Source of the DNA: Candidatus Vogelbacteria bacterium
GTDB lineage: Bacteria > Patescibacteriota > Minisyncoccia > Phycocordibacterales > XYD1-FULL-46-19
Direction of reading: 5' to 3'
Length of the DNA stretch: 44,396 nt
NCBI GenBank assembly: GCA_050485705.1
Contig: JBJHBV010000002.1
Span: forward strand, 1 to 44,396
Positions 9,698 to 20,266 of this stretch are shown here, in pieces. The position numbers and the translations under genes were made by a program. The notes below the pieces were generated by a model. The model searched no databases, had not been told where the DNA came from, and saw only the letters and a program-made list of their open reading frames with translations. The stretch's first letter is position 1, and the number at the start of each line of letters is the position of its first letter.

Positions 9698-10309
9698 ATG
9701 GAGGTGATATTTTTTATTCTTATTTTAATCATATCAATTGTAGTTCATGAGGTTTCTCATGGTTGGTCAGCTTATTTTTTGGGTGATCCGACCGCTAAAC
9801 ATGCTGGCAGGTTGACCTTGAATCCAATTCCTCATACTGATCCGATCGGCTCTTTATTGTTGCCGTTTTTATTGATAATTAGCGGTTCGCCAATTCTTTT
9901 TGGTTGGGCGAAGCCGGTGCCCTACAATCCTTATAACTTAAGAGGTGGTAAATGGGGACCGGCTTTGGTTGCTTTGGCCGGTCCGGCTTCTAATATTATC
10001 ATTGCCCTTATTTTTTCTGCTTTGATTAACTTTGTGCCGTCTTTTGATTTGAGCTCAGGTTTGGGGGTTTTTGCACTTCAGATAGTGATAATTAATGTTA
10101 TTTTGGCTATTTTTAATCTTTTTCCTATTCCGCCTCTTGATGGCTCTAAGGTTTTATTTGCCCTTTTGCCCTACCGATTTAAATATGTTGAAAACTTAAT
10201 GGTTCAGTATCAATTGGTATTGATTATTGTCTTGTTGCTTCTTGCTGGGACATTGATTTTGCCAATTTTAAATCTGGTGCTGTCTATTTTGGTGGGAGTT
10301 GGTCTGTAA
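9698..10309 (+). CDS. M50-family site-2 membrane metalloprotease
   Basis: HEVSHG and NLFPIPPLDGSK motifs, multiple TM helices. Confidence 0.8.
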   Translation: MEVIFFILILIISIVVHEVSHGWSAYFLGDPTAKHAGRLTLNPIPHTDPIGSLLLPFLLIISGSPILFGWAKPVPYNPYNLRGGKWGPALVALAGPASNIIIALIFSALINFVPSFDLSSGLGVFALQIVIINVILAIFNLFPIPPLDGSKVLFALLPYRFKYVENLMVQYQLVLIIVLLLLAGTLILPILNLVLSILVGVGL

Positions 10310-10372
10310 ACTGGTAAAAAATCGTTGTAAATATTTGCATTTTTGAATAACTTGTATTAAAGTATCCCTGTT

Positions 10373-10789
10373 ATGCCGACAATCAATCAATTGGTTAGAA
10401 AAAATAGAAAAAAGATAGTTAAGAAGTCAAAGGCTGTTGCTTTGGCTCGTGGTTTTAATACTTTGAAAAATAAGCCCATTTTTTATTCCTCACCCTTTAA
10501 AAGGGGTGTTTGTCTGCAGGTAAAAACCACTACCCCTAAAAAGCCAAACTCGGCTTTGCGTAAGATTGCCAGAGTAAAACTAACCAATGGTATGGAAGTT
10601 ACCGCCTATATTCCGGGTATGGGGCATAATCTGCAAGAACACTCTGTTGTTTTATTAAGAGGGGGTAGAGTTAAAGACTTACCGGGTGTTCGTTATACTA
10701 TTGTCAGGGGTGTTTTGGATACTGCCGGAGTACAGAACCGTAAAAAGGGTCGTAGTTTGTATGGAGCCAAGAAACCTAAAGCTAGTTAG
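10373..10789 (+). CDS. rpsL: 30S ribosomal protein S12
   Basis: MPTINQL...[10 protein letters not shown] sequence and synteny. Confidence 0.95.
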   Translation: MPTINQLVRKNRKKIVKKSKAVALARGFNTLKNKPIFYSSPFKRGVCLQVKTTTPKKPNSALRKIARVKLTNGMEVTAYIPGMGHNLQEHSVVLLRGGRVKDLPGVRYTIVRGVLDTAGVQNRKKGRSLYGAKKPKAS

Positions 10790-10800
10790 TATTTTTATAT

Positions 10801-11280
10801 ATGCGTAGAAAAATAAAAACCAAACATCAGATTTCGCCTGATTTGATTCATGATTCGGTCAAGGTAGAAAAATTGATTAATTACATAATGGAAAGGGGTA
10901 AGAAAAATACCGCTCGAAAGATAGTTTATGGTGCTTTTGGTGAAATTGAAAATAAGACCAAAAAACCGGCTTTAGAGGTTTTTGAGACGGCTATTAAGAA
11001 TGTATCACCTCAAATAGAAGTAAGGTCACGTCGGATTGGAGGGGCCAATTATCAGGTGCCTCATGAAGTTAGACCGGAAAGGCAATTGTCTTTAGCTTTT
11101 CGTTGGTTGATTGCCACAGCTAAGGGTAAAAAAGGCAAAGCCATGGAATCTCGATTGGCTGATGAATTGGTGTTGGCCAGTAAAAACGAAGGTGAAGCGG
11201 TAAAGAAAAGAGAAAATGTTCATAAAATGGCTGAAGCCAACAGAGCTTTTGCTCATTTTGCTTGGTCCGGCAGGAAATAA
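10801..11280 (+). CDS. rpsG: 30S ribosomal protein S7
   Basis: Sequence (RRIGGANYQVP) and synteny. Confidence 0.95.
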   Translation: MRRKIKTKHQISPDLIHDSVKVEKLINYIMERGKKNTARKIVYGAFGEIENKTKKPALEVFETAIKNVSPQIEVRSRRIGGANYQVPHEVRPERQLSLAFRWLIATAKGKKGKAMESRLADELVLASKNEGEAVKKRENVHKMAEANRAFAHFAWSGRK

Positions 11281-11293
11281 TTAATTTAAATTT

Positions 11294-13444
11294 ATGGCTA
11301 GAGATTACCCCTTAGAAAAAGTAAGAAACATTGGTATTATCGCTCATATTGATGCCGGTAAGACGACTACTACCGAGCGTATTCTTTATTACACCGGTGT
11401 TTCTCATAAGATAGGAGAAGTTCACGAAGGTGAAGCTACTATGGACTGGATGGAACAAGAAAGAGAAAGAGGTATTACCATCACTTCTGCTGCTACTACT
11501 GCTTTTTGGACCCCGACCGAGGATAGAAACAACGGAGACAAAAAACATAGAATTAATATTATTGATACTCCTGGCCACGTTGATTTTACTGCTGAGGTAG
11601 AGCGTTCTTTGAAAGTTTTGGACGGTGGAGTGGTGGTTTTTGATGGAGTGGCCGGGGTAGAACCTCAGTCTGAAACCGTTTGGCGACAAGCCGATAAATA
11701 TGCCGTTCCCAGAATTTGTTTCATCAACAAGTTGGATAGAATGGGAGCCAGCTTTGACCGTTCGTTTCAGACTATTCTTGATCGTTTGACTAAAAAGGCG
11801 GTCAGAGTTCAGATACCAATTGGAGAAGATGATGCTCATGAAGGAGTAATTGATTTGCTTAAAATGAAAGGTTATCACTTTGAAGGTAATATGGGTAACG
11901 AGATAAAAGAGATAGATATCCCTGAAGACCTTAAAGCCGATGCTTTGAAATATAGGCAAATGCTAATAGAAAAAATTGTAGAACATGATGAAAATTTGAT
12001 GAATGATTATCTGGAGGGTAAAGAACCGGAAATAGATGTTTTGAAAAAAGTTTTAAGGAAAACAACCATTGCTAATGAAATAGTGCCTGTTTTTTGTGGT
12101 TCTGCTCTTAAAAACAAGGGGGTGCAGTTGGTTTTGGACGGAGTGTTGGATTATTTGCCATCACCGGTTGATGTTCCACCTATTTTGGGTCTTGATCCTA
12201 AAACCGGAGAAGAAATAAGTCGTGAGGCTTCTGATGATGCCCCTTTGGCCGCTCTGGCTTTTAAATTGCAGTCTGATCCTTTTGTCGGTCAATTAACTTA
12301 TGTCAGAGTTTATTCCGGAGTATTGGAGTCCGGTTCTTATGTTTATAACTCCACTAACGGTGACAAAGAAAGAATTGGCCGAATTGTAAGAATGCACGCC
12401 AATCATAGGGAAGAAGTAAAAACTGTTTATGCCGGTGAAATAGCAGCTATTGTTGGCTTAAAAAACACCAAGACTTCCGATACTCTGTGTTCTGATGGTG
12501 ACCCGATAATTCTTGGAAAAATAGATTTCCCAGAGCCGGTGGTATCTCTCCGAATTGAACCAAAAACCAAGGCTGATCAAGAGAAAATGGGTATTGCTTT
12601 GCGTAAATTATCAGATGAAGACCCTACTTTTAGAGTGGAATCTGATCCGGAAACTTTTGAGACTATTATTTCCGGTATGGGGGAGCTTCACTTGGATATT
12701 ATTGTTGATCGTATGAAGAGAGAGTTTTCTGTGGAAGCTAGTGTCGGTAATCCTCAAGTGGCTTATAAAGAAACAGTGACCACTGAAGCAGAAGCTGAGC
12801 ACAAGTACATTAAACAGTCTGGAGGACGAGGTCAGTACGGTCATGTGAAGTTGAAAGTTAAACCTTTAGATAAAAATATTGATCCTGAAGCAAAGGTGGC
12901 CAAGAATATTAATCGGGATGAGCATTTTGAATTTATCAACTCCATTAAGGGTGGTATTATTCCTCAAGAATTTATTCCAGCTGTAGAAAAGGGAGTTAAG
13001 GAGGGTATGTCCAGAGGAGTTGTGGCCGGTTTTACAATGGTGGATGTTTCTTGTGAGTTGTTCTTCGGTTCTTATCATGATGTTGACTCTTCTGAAATGG
13101 CTTTCAAATTGGCTGGCTCTATGGCTTTTCAAGAAGCAGCGAAAAGAGCCAAGCCGGTGATTTTAGAGCCGATAATGAAAGTTGAGGTTATAGTCCCGGA
13201 ACAGTTTATGGGTGATGTTACCGGTTATCTTAGTTCTCGCCGTGGGCAGGTTGAAAGTATGGAAGATAGAGGTGGTAATTTAAAAACTGTGAAATTAAAA
13301 GTTCCTTTATCGGAGATGTTTGGTTTTGTAACCACTTTACGTTCTATGACTGAAGGAAGAGGAACCTTTACTATGGAATTCTGGCAGTATGCTATTGTTC
13401 CGCCTAATGTCGCTCAAAACATAATTGAAAGCAGAAAAGCTTAA
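11294..13444 (+). CDS. fusA: elongation factor G
   Basis: [17 protein letters not shown] and NKLD GTPase motifs, 716 aa. Confidence 0.95.
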   Translation: MARDYPLEKVRNIGIIAHIDAGKTTTTERILYYTGVSHKIGEVHEGEATMDWMEQERERGITITSAATTAFWTPTEDRNNGDKKHRINIIDTPGHVDFTAEVERSLKVLDGGVVVFDGVAGVEPQSETVWRQADKYAVPRICFINKLDRMGASFDRSFQTILDRLTKKAVRVQIPIGEDDAHEGVIDLLKMKGYHFEGNMGNEIKEIDIPEDLKADALKYRQMLIEKIVEHDENLMNDYLEGKEPEIDVLKKVLRKTTIANEIVPVFCGSALKNKGVQLVLDGVLDYLPSPVDVPPILGLDPKTGEEISREASDDAPLAALAFKLQSDPFVGQLTYVRVYSGVLESGSYVYNSTNGDKERIGRIVRMHANHREEVKTVYAGEIAAIVGLKNTKTSDTLCSDGDPIILGKIDFPEPVVSLRIEPKTKADQEKMGIALRKLSDEDPTFRVESDPETFETIISGMGELHLDIIVDRMKREFSVEASVGNPQVAYKETVTTEAEAEHKYIKQSGGRGQYGHVKLKVKPLDKNIDPEAKVAKNINRDEHFEFINSIKGGIIPQEFIPAVEKGVKEGMSRGVVAGFTMVDVSCELFFGSYHDVDSSEMAFKLAGSMAFQEAAKRAKPVILEPIMKVEVIVPEQFMGDVTGYLSSRRGQVESMEDRGGNLKTVKLKVPLSEMFGFVTTLRSMTEGRGTFTMEFWQYAIVPPNVAQNIIESRKA

Positions 13445-13496
13445 ATTCGGTTTTAGAGGACTGACTTCCAAGATTACATAGTGTATAATACAAAGT

Positions 13497-14486
13497 ATGT
13501 ATAAATACTGGATTTTGTTTTTAATCCCTTTGTTTTTCTTCAGTTTTTTCTCTATCTCTTTTGCTTCGGCAGAAGAGGTTCTTTCTTTAATTGAAGAGAC
13601 AGAACAAAATTTGGAAAGAATAAATGTTCGTCTTCAGTTACTTGAAAATTTGCAATTAGGCAATGGTCAGAATGATGATTTGGTGGTATCAGTGCCTGAA
13701 ATAAAGATAAAAGTAGAAGAATCTTATATTTTACTTGATCAGGCTGTTTTGCTTTATAACGAACAACTTTTTGATGATGCTTTGGGTTTTGCTTTAGAAG
13801 CCAAGGAAAACAGTGATCTGGCGGTCTTTTATCTGGATGCTTTGTTGAGAGATGCCAGGAGATTTAATTTGTCAGAGCTCTTATTGCAAGGAGATTTGTC
13901 TGATTTGCTTGATCTGAGAAATTTATTAAGAATAAATGAGTTGATTGTCTTTCCGGAAGAGGAAATTGTACCACCTCCAACACAAGAAACTCAGCCGGTA
14001 TTGCCTCAGCCAGAAGAAAATTTATTACCTGAGGAAAATGAGTCTGGTGTTATAGATCAAGATGAAAATGGGAATTTAGGGGGCGAAGAAGAGTCTATTA
14101 ACAATGGATCTCCTGATGTTGATGACGCAGAGAATGACCCCCGCTTGGTTTGTCTTGAAAACCAGCTGGCTGATTGTACTGAAGGGTTTAATTCTTGTGT
14201 GGCCGGCAGAGATGAGCCGGTTTCAAGTTGTGACCAAGTTTACACGGCAACTTTTTCCCGTTGTCAAAATATTGTTTCTAATAGTCAAAACAGGGCCCCT
14301 GTTGTCAGGTTGATAGGAAATATTCTGGGCGGGGCTTGTTCTAATTTTGTTGAAGTTAGGTATGGAGCTTGCCAAAGACAGTATGATAATAGGGTGCGAT
14401 CTTATGAAAGATATTTGGTAAATTGTGAGGATCGGGCAGGTCGGTGTGTAAATCAGGCTCAAAACTCCTGTTCTCGGGTTAGATAA
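13497..14486 (+). CDS. secreted protein: signal peptide, helical region, acidic Pro/Glu linker, Cys-rich C-terminal domain
   Basis: N-terminal hydrophobic segment ending ASA-EE. Ten Cys in the last ~120 aa. No known family recognised. Confidence 0.6.
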   Translation: MYKYWILFLIPLFFFSFFSISFASAEEVLSLIEETEQNLERINVRLQLLENLQLGNGQNDDLVVSVPEIKIKVEESYILLDQAVLLYNEQLFDDALGFALEAKENSDLAVFYLDALLRDARRFNLSELLLQGDLSDLLDLRNLLRINELIVFPEEEIVPPPTQETQPVLPQPEENLLPEENESGVIDQDENGNLGGEEESINNGSPDVDDAENDPRLVCLENQLADCTEGFNSCVAGRDEPVSSCDQVYTATFSRCQNIVSNSQNRAPVVRLIGNILGGACSNFVEVRYGACQRQYDNRVRSYERYLVNCEDRAGRCVNQAQNSCSRVR

Positions 14487-14498
14487 GGGTTATTTTAC

Positions 14499-14526
14499 TT
14501 GACGGCCTTTTTTATTCTGTTATCAT
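14499..14526 (+). promoter_or_regulatory. sigma70-like promoter upstream of tuf
   Basis: TTGACG, 16-nt spacer, TATCAT. Confidence 0.4.
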
Positions 14527-14592
14527 ACGCTTACGCTTTTCGCGTGTTTTTTAGTGTTTAAAATAATATTAGTAGTTAATTTATAAGATAAT

Positions 14593-15789
14593 ATGGCAGA
14601 ATCAAAATTTGATCGATCCAAGCCTCATGTCAATGTCGGTACTATCGGCCACGTTGACCACGGCAAAACCACATTAACAGCAGGTATCCTAAACTCTCTT
14701 CATTTGGCCGGTAAGACGGTAAAAATGAAGAAGGTGGATGATATTGACAATGCTCCGGAGGAAAAGCAGCGTGGTATTACCATTGCTCTTTCTCATCAAG
14801 AGTATGAAACCGATAAAAGGCATTATGCTCATATTGATGCTCCGGGACACGCCGATTATATCAAAAATATGATCACCGGTGCCGCTCAAATGGACGGTGC
14901 TATTTTGGTAGTAGCTGCTACTGATGGTCTAATGCCTCAAACACGCGAACACGTTCTCTTGGCCCGCCAGGTGGGTGTGCCAAAAATCGTTGTCTTCTTA
15001 AATAAGGTGGATATGGTTGATGATCCCGAATTGATTGATTTGGTAGAAGAGGAAGTTAGAGATTTGCTTGATAAGTATGAGTATGACGGTAAAAATGCTC
15101 CTATTATTAGAGGATCAGGCCTAAAAGCTTTGGAGGCCACCAGTGCTGATGATGAATATGTTAAGAAAGTTTTGGAATTGATGGATGCTTTGGATGAATA
15201 TATTCCAGAACCGATTCGTGAGACTGATAAGCCTTTCTTGATGCCGGTAGAAGATATTTTCTCTATTGAAGGTAGAGGAACTGTGGTTACCGGTAGAATT
15301 GAAAGGGGTGTAGTAAAAGTGGGTGAAGAAATTGAGATTGTGGGAATCAAGGATACCGCTAAAACTACCGTTACAGGAGTAGAAATGTTTAACAAATCTT
15401 TGGACGAAGGTATGGCTGGTGATAATGCCGGTATTTTGCTTAGAGGTATGAAGAAAGATGATATTACCAGAGGTCAAGTTTTGGCTAAGCCTGGTAGTGT
15501 TACTCCTCACACTGATTTTGAAGCTGAGGTATATATTCTATCCAAAGAAGAAGGTGGAAGACACACTCCTTTCTTTACCGGTTATAAGCCTCAATTTTAC
15601 ATCAGAACAACAGATGTAACCGGTGAGGTAACTTTGGCTGAAGATGTAAAAATGGTTATGCCTGGTGATACCGTTACCTTTAAAGTAAAGTTGGTTTCTC
15701 CGGTTGCTTTGGAAGAAAAACAAAGATTTGCTATTCGTGAAGGAGGTAGGACCGTTGGTGCTGGTGTGGTAACGAAAATTACAGCTTAA
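14593..15789 (+). CDS. tuf: elongation factor Tu
   Basis: [14 protein letters not shown] and NKVD motifs. Confidence 0.97.
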   Translation: MAESKFDRSKPHVNVGTIGHVDHGKTTLTAGILNSLHLAGKTVKMKKVDDIDNAPEEKQRGITIALSHQEYETDKRHYAHIDAPGHADYIKNMITGAAQMDGAILVVAATDGLMPQTREHVLLARQVGVPKIVVFLNKVDMVDDPELIDLVEEEVRDLLDKYEYDGKNAPIIRGSGLKALEATSADDEYVKKVLELMDALDEYIPEPIRETDKPFLMPVEDIFSIEGRGTVVTGRIERGVVKVGEEIEIVGIKDTAKTTVTGVEMFNKSLDEGMAGDNAGILLRGMKKDDITRGQVLAKPGSVTPHTDFEAEVYILSKEEGGRHTPFFTGYKPQFYIRTTDVTGEVTLAEDVKMVMPGDTVTFKVKLVSPVALEEKQRFAIREGGRTVGAGVVTKITA

Positions 15790-15800
15790 ATTTAAGTTAA

Positions 15801-16154
15801 ATGGCCACCAAAACACAATCAGCTAAAGCCGGTAAAGACTCTGGATCATTTGAAAAATTACGTATCAGGGTTTCAGCCTATGAAAATAAGGTCCTTGATG
15901 TTAGCGTCAAACAAATCATTGATACCGCTTATCGTTATGAGGCTGTAGTGGCCGGCCCGATTCCTTTACCGACAGAAATAAAGAAATATACCGTTAATCG
16001 CAGTTCTTTTATTGATAAGAATTCGCGAGAACAGTTTGAGATGAGGGTCCATAAAAGATTAATTGATATCTTGAATCCTAATCCTAAAATCGTTGAAAGT
16101 TTAACCAATTTGAATTTGCCTTCTGGTGTCAATATTGATGTCAAAATGATGTAA
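15801..16154 (+). CDS. rpsJ: 30S ribosomal protein S10 (short N-terminal extension)
   Basis: Sequence and synteny. Confidence 0.9.
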   Translation: MATKTQSAKAGKDSGSFEKLRIRVSAYENKVLDVSVKQIIDTAYRYEAVVAGPIPLPTEIKKYTVNRSSFIDKNSREQFEMRVHKRLIDILNPNPKIVESLTNLNLPSGVNIDVKMM

Positions 16155-16175
16155 GTTCGGTTGTTGTAAAGTAAT

Positions 16176-16817
16176 ATGAAATTCGCTATTGGCATAAAAA
16201 AAGGAATGGCCCAAATTTTTACCGAAGAAGGTAGGGCAATACCCGGAACTGTTATTCAGGCAGGTGATTTAGTGGTCACTCAAATAAAAAATGAGAAGAC
16301 GGATGGTTACGATGCTATTCAGGTTGGTTTCGGTGCTAAAAATCCTAAAAATGTCTCTAAGTCATTAGTTGGTCATATGAAACAAGCCCTGGCTGAAAAA
16401 GAAGGATCAACTCCTTTTAGGTATCTAAGAGAGTTTAGATTGCCGGCAGAAGAAATCGCTAAATTCAAAGTTGGTCAAACTATTGATTTGTCGGCTTTTG
16501 CTTTAGGTGACAAGATCAGAGTTTCCGGTTTATCAAAAGGTAAAGGTTTCCAGGGGGTGGTAAAAAGGCATGGTTTCTCTGGTGGTCCAAGATCTCATGG
16601 TCAAAAACACTCAGAAAGAGAACCCGGTTCTATTGGTTCTACCGGCCCTCAAAGAGTCTTTCCTGGTAAAAAAATGGCCGGTCGTATGGGGCATGATTTG
16701 GTTACGGTTAAGAATCTTAAAGTGACTGATATTAATCCTCAAACTGGAGAAATTTTTGTTTCCGGGGCTGTCCCCGGTAGTCCGGGAACATTGATTACCA
16801 TAACCGGCATTAAGTAA
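16176..16817 (+). CDS. rplC: 50S ribosomal protein L3
   Basis: Sequence and synteny. Confidence 0.95.
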   Translation: MKFAIGIKKGMAQIFTEEGRAIPGTVIQAGDLVVTQIKNEKTDGYDAIQVGFGAKNPKNVSKSLVGHMKQALAEKEGSTPFRYLREFRLPAEEIAKFKVGQTIDLSAFALGDKIRVSGLSKGKGFQGVVKRHGFSGGPRSHGQKHSEREPGSIGSTGPQRVFPGKKMAGRMGHDLVTVKNLKVTDINPQTGEIFVSGAVPGSPGTLITITGIK

Positions 16818-16859
16818 TTTGCCCTTTTAATCGGAAGATGTTAGTAATAAAGGAGTTTT

Positions 16860-17573
16860 ATGAAAGAAGCAGAAGTTTACAATCAAGATGGTCAGGCTAC
16901 CGCTAAGATAAAATTACCGGAGAGTTTTTTTGCTTTACCTTGGAATGCTGATCTGGTTCATCAAGTAGTAACTGCTGTTTCGGCTAATAATCGTCAGAAC
17001 AGTGCTTATGCCAAAGATCGTTCGGTTGTCTCAGGTGGAGGCAAGAAACCTTGGCGTCAAAAAGGTACCGGGCGAGCCAGGCATGGATCATCTCGTTCAC
17101 CTATTTGGGTTGGTGGGGGTGTGACACATGGACCAACTCTGTTGCGTGATTATAGTCAGAAGATTAATAAAAAAGTTAAGTCTAAGGCTTTCTTTACGTT
17201 GTTATCTAACAAATATCTAGCTGGAAAAGTCTTTTTTATTGATAGTCTTCTTTTTTCAAATCCCAAAACCAAATTGGCCCAACAGTGTGTAGAGGCGCTG
17301 GCTAAAGCTACTGATTCGGTCAAGATGTCATATAAAACCGGTAATAGGATTTTGTTGATTACACCTGAGAAAAATGAAATGGTTATTAAAAGTTTTCGCA
17401 ATTTACCGCAAGTGGCTGTTTTTGAGGCTCGAGATGTCAGTATTTTGGCTTTAGCTAATTATGAGTATGTAGTTATATCTGACCCTAAGGCTTGTTTTGA
17501 GATTTTTCAACTTCGACAAAAGGCAGGTCGGGTAAAAAGTGAAGTTAAAGAAAAGATTGCTGAAAAAATTTAA
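16860..17573 (+). CDS. rplD: 50S ribosomal protein L4
   Basis: KPWRQKGTGRAR motif and synteny. Confidence 0.9.
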   Translation: MKEAEVYNQDGQATAKIKLPESFFALPWNADLVHQVVTAVSANNRQNSAYAKDRSVVSGGGKKPWRQKGTGRARHGSSRSPIWVGGGVTHGPTLLRDYSQKINKKVKSKAFFTLLSNKYLAGKVFFIDSLLFSNPKTKLAQQCVEALAKATDSVKMSYKTGNRILLITPEKNEMVIKSFRNLPQVAVFEARDVSILALANYEYVVISDPKACFEIFQLRQKAGRVKSEVKEKIAEKI

Positions 17574-17581
17574 ACTATATC

Positions 17582-17887
17582 ATGTCTACCACCGGAAATA
17601 TTTTTAATCAAGAAAAGTTGGTTCTAAAAAAACCTCGTATTACCGAGAAGGCTACTTACTTGTCTGGTAACAAGTATCCTGTTTATACTTTTGAGGTTCC
17701 TGCCTGGGCCGGAAAAATAGAAATTAAAAAGGCGTTTGAAAAGGATTTTAAAGTTAAGCCTCTTAAGGTTAGGATAATAAACCTTCCTTCCAAGGTGGTA
17801 ACTTTTAGACGGCAGAAGGGTGTCAGGTCGGGGGTCAAGAAGGCCATGATTTATTTACCGGTCGGTCAGACTATTGATGTCGTGTAA
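17582..17887 (+). CDS. rplW: 50S ribosomal protein L23
   Basis: Synteny and sequence. Confidence 0.9.
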   Translation: MSTTGNIFNQEKLVLKKPRITEKATYLSGNKYPVYTFEVPAWAGKIEIKKAFEKDFKVKPLKVRIINLPSKVVTFRRQKGVRSGVKKAMIYLPVGQTIDVV

Positions 17888-17899
17888 ATTTAGTTAATT

Positions 17900-18745
17900 A
17901 TGAAAAATTACAAACCAACAACTCCAGGTCGTCGCGGTATGTCGGTAGTTTCCTATCGGGGTGTTTTGACTGAATCTGAACCACACAAATCTTTAACTAA
18001 AGGCAGAAAAAGGTCTGTTGGCCGTAATAATAGGGGTAGAATCACTACTCGTCATAAAGGAGGGGGTCATAAAAGACTCTATCGTGATATTGATTTTAAA
18101 TATGACAAAAAAGATATTCCGGCTAAGGTGGAAAGTGTGGAATATGATCCTAACCGCTCCGGCTTCATCGGTTTAGTATGTTATGCCGATGGGGTTAGGA
18201 GGTATGTTTTACTACCTGAATCTTTAAAGGTGGGAGATAAATTTACTGTTTCGGAAGAAGCTGAACTAAAGCCGGGTAACAGATTGCCTTTGAAAAAAAT
18301 GACTCCTGGTACTTTTATTTTCAATATTGAGACCAAACCTTTGGCTGGCTCTAAATTGGTTCGTTCAGCCGGTAGTCATGCCGAGGTTTTGTCTAATGAT
18401 GCTTCCTATACCACTATAAAAATGCCTTCAGGTGAAGTTAGAAAAATTCATGAAAACTCTTGGGCAACGGTTGGTGAGGTATCTAATCCTGAATTTAAGC
18501 TCGTAAATAAAGGAAAAGCTGGCCGTTCTCGTTGGTTGGGTATTAGGCCAACAGTTAGGGGTAGTGCCATGAACCCCGTGGATCACCCTCATGGTGGTGG
18601 AGAAGGTAGGCAGGGAATTGGGTTGCGTCGAGGGCCGAAAACAGCTCAAGGTAAGCAGGCTTATGGTGTTAAAACCAGGCGCTCAAAGAAGTATTCTGAT
18701 CAGCTTATTGTTGCTTCCCGTAAAAAGTCGCGTCGCAGGAAATAA
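17900..18745 (+). CDS. rplB: 50S ribosomal protein L2
   Basis: MNPVDHPHGGGEG motif. Confidence 0.97.
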   Translation: MKNYKPTTPGRRGMSVVSYRGVLTESEPHKSLTKGRKRSVGRNNRGRITTRHKGGGHKRLYRDIDFKYDKKDIPAKVESVEYDPNRSGFIGLVCYADGVRRYVLLPESLKVGDKFTVSEEAELKPGNRLPLKKMTPGTFIFNIETKPLAGSKLVRSAGSHAEVLSNDASYTTIKMPSGEVRKIHENSWATVGEVSNPEFKLVNKGKAGRSRWLGIRPTVRGSAMNPVDHPHGGGEGRQGIGLRRGPKTAQGKQAYGVKTRRSKKYSDQLIVASRKKSRRRK

Positions 18746-18774
18746 TTTCAGGGTTTTATTTTAACCCTGAAATT
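18744..18774 (+). promoter_or_regulatory. 12-bp perfect hairpin overlapping the rplB stop codon
   Basis: AATTTCAGGGTT-ttatttt-AACCCTGAAATT. Confidence 0.5.
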
Positions 18775-18783
18775 AAGGCTTTG

Positions 18784-18811
18784 TTGACTTTTCGTTGTCA
18801 TTTGATAGTAT
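18784..18811 (+). promoter_or_regulatory. internal promoter-like element before rpsS
   Basis: TTGACT, 16-nt spacer, TGaTAGTAT. Followed by GCTC-TCAA-GAGC and a T-tract at 18821-18843. Confidence 0.4.
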
Positions 18812-18874
18812 TATTGCCAGGCTCTCAAGAGCTTTTGTTTTTTGCCGAGGTAAGAGACAATTTTAAATTAAAAT

Positions 18875-19219
18875 ATGCCAAGATCACTTAAAAAAGGTCC
18901 CTATGTGGATGAAAAATTACTAAAGAAAATCACCGACAAAAAACCGGCTGAGACGGGTGTTGTTCGTACTTGGGCTCGTGGTAGTCAGATTAGTCCAGAA
19001 ATGGTTGGATTTACTTTTGGGGTTCATAACGGTCGTGAGCATATAGAAGTTTTGGTGACGGAAGAGATGGTTGGACATCGTTTAGGAGAGTTTTCTCCGA
19101 CTCGTAAATTTGTCCGACATGGTGGTAAGATGCAGAAAGAACTTGAACAGAAGAAGCGTCAGGCTGAAATTGCAGCTGCTAAGGCCGCTAAAGAATCATC
19201 TACCGCTAAGAAGAAATAA
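18875..19219 (+). CDS. rpsS: 30S ribosomal protein S19 (Lys/Ala-rich C-terminal tail)
   Basis: MPRSLKKGP...HNGR sequence. Confidence 0.95.
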   Translation: MPRSLKKGPYVDEKLLKKITDKKPAETGVVRTWARGSQISPEMVGFTFGVHNGREHIEVLVTEEMVGHRLGEFSPTRKFVRHGGKMQKELEQKKRQAEIAAAKAAKESSTAKKK

Positions 19220-19224
19220 TTATT

Positions 19225-19590
19225 ATGAAAGCTACTTTATCAAATTATAGACAACCCCCTAGAAAAGTCAGATTATTGGCTGATTATTTGCGTGGAAAAA
19301 AAGTAGCTGATGCTTTGGTGGAGCTTAAGTTTATTGGTAAAAAAGCCAGTTCACCGATTGCTAAATTGATTAATTCAGCTGTCGCTAATGCCAGAAGCAA
19401 CAATCAGGAAGAGTCTGATTTGTTTATTAAAACCATCAAGGTGGATAAGGGAGTGGTGATGCGTCGTTTTATGCCAAGAGCTCGTGGTAGGGCTACTCCT
19501 TTGCGTCATCGCACCAGCCACATTAATATAGAGTTGGCCAAAGTTGAAGTTGAAAATCAGATGGTCAAAGATAAGAAAGAAAAGAAATAA
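19225..19590 (+). CDS. rplV: 50S ribosomal protein L22
   Basis: Sequence and synteny. Confidence 0.9.
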   Translation: MKATLSNYRQPPRKVRLLADYLRGKKVADALVELKFIGKKASSPIAKLINSAVANARSNNQEESDLFIKTIKVDKGVVMRRFMPRARGRATPLRHRTSHINIELAKVEVENQMVKDKKEKK

Positions 19591-19591
19591 T

Positions 19592-20260
19592 ATGACTCAT
19601 ACTGTTCATCCATATGCTCATCGTTTAGGAATTATTAGAGATTGGAAATCTCGCTGGTTTGGTGCTCCTGGAAAATATCAGGAATACTTGAAGACTGATG
19701 TTTTGGTGAGAGAATATTTGGAGAAAAAATTGAGAGGCATGTATGTTGATACTGTAGAAATGGAACGAGGAGAGAATTCATACCGTTTGATTATAAAGAC
19801 CTCCAGACCCGGTATGATCATTGGCCGTAGTGGTGAGGGGGCCGTCAAACTGAAGAATGATATTATCGCCAAGATTAAGAAGGTGGGTGGAGAAATACCG
19901 AAAGATTTGAAAATTGATATCGAAGAAATCAAAGAGCCTGAAACCAACGCCGCTGTGATTGCTTATATGGTAGCCGAAGGTTTGGAAAAGAGAATGCCTT
20001 TTAGGAGAGTTTTAAAACAAACCGTAGAAAAGGTTATGGCTCATAAAGAGGTGGAAGGTATAAAGATCAGTTTATCTGGTCGCTTAGGGGGAGCTGAAAT
20101 GGGTAGGAAGGAAATTATCAAAGATGGTCAAATACCGCTTCAAACTCTAAGAGCTGATATAGATTTTGCTCGTGAAAAGGCCTTTTTGCCTTATGGAGTA
20201 GTGGGAGTTAAGGTTTGGATTTATCGGGGCGAGATTTTTGATAAAGATAAGAATGAATAA
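19592..20260 (+). CDS. rpsC: 30S ribosomal protein S3
   Basis: MTHTVHPYAHRLG start at the in-frame ATG 19592, KH-domain sequence. Confidence 0.9.
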   Translation: MTHTVHPYAHRLGIIRDWKSRWFGAPGKYQEYLKTDVLVREYLEKKLRGMYVDTVEMERGENSYRLIIKTSRPGMIIGRSGEGAVKLKNDIIAKIKKVGGEIPKDLKIDIEEIKEPETNAAVIAYMVAEGLEKRMPFRRVLKQTVEKVMAHKEVEGIKISLSGRLGGAEMGRKEIIKDGQIPLQTLRADIDFAREKAFLPYGVVGVKVWIYRGEIFDKDKNE

Positions 20261-20266
20261 TGGCTT

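Noticed and set aside
11312-11959. 215-aa ORF antisense to fusA. Similar antisense ORFs lie in tuf (14937-15395, 15121-15510) and across rplR-rpsE (23846-24253).
   Set aside because: They lie entirely inside strongly supported conserved genes on the other strand. Their low-complexity Ser/Ile/Phe-rich translations are typical of antisense frames.
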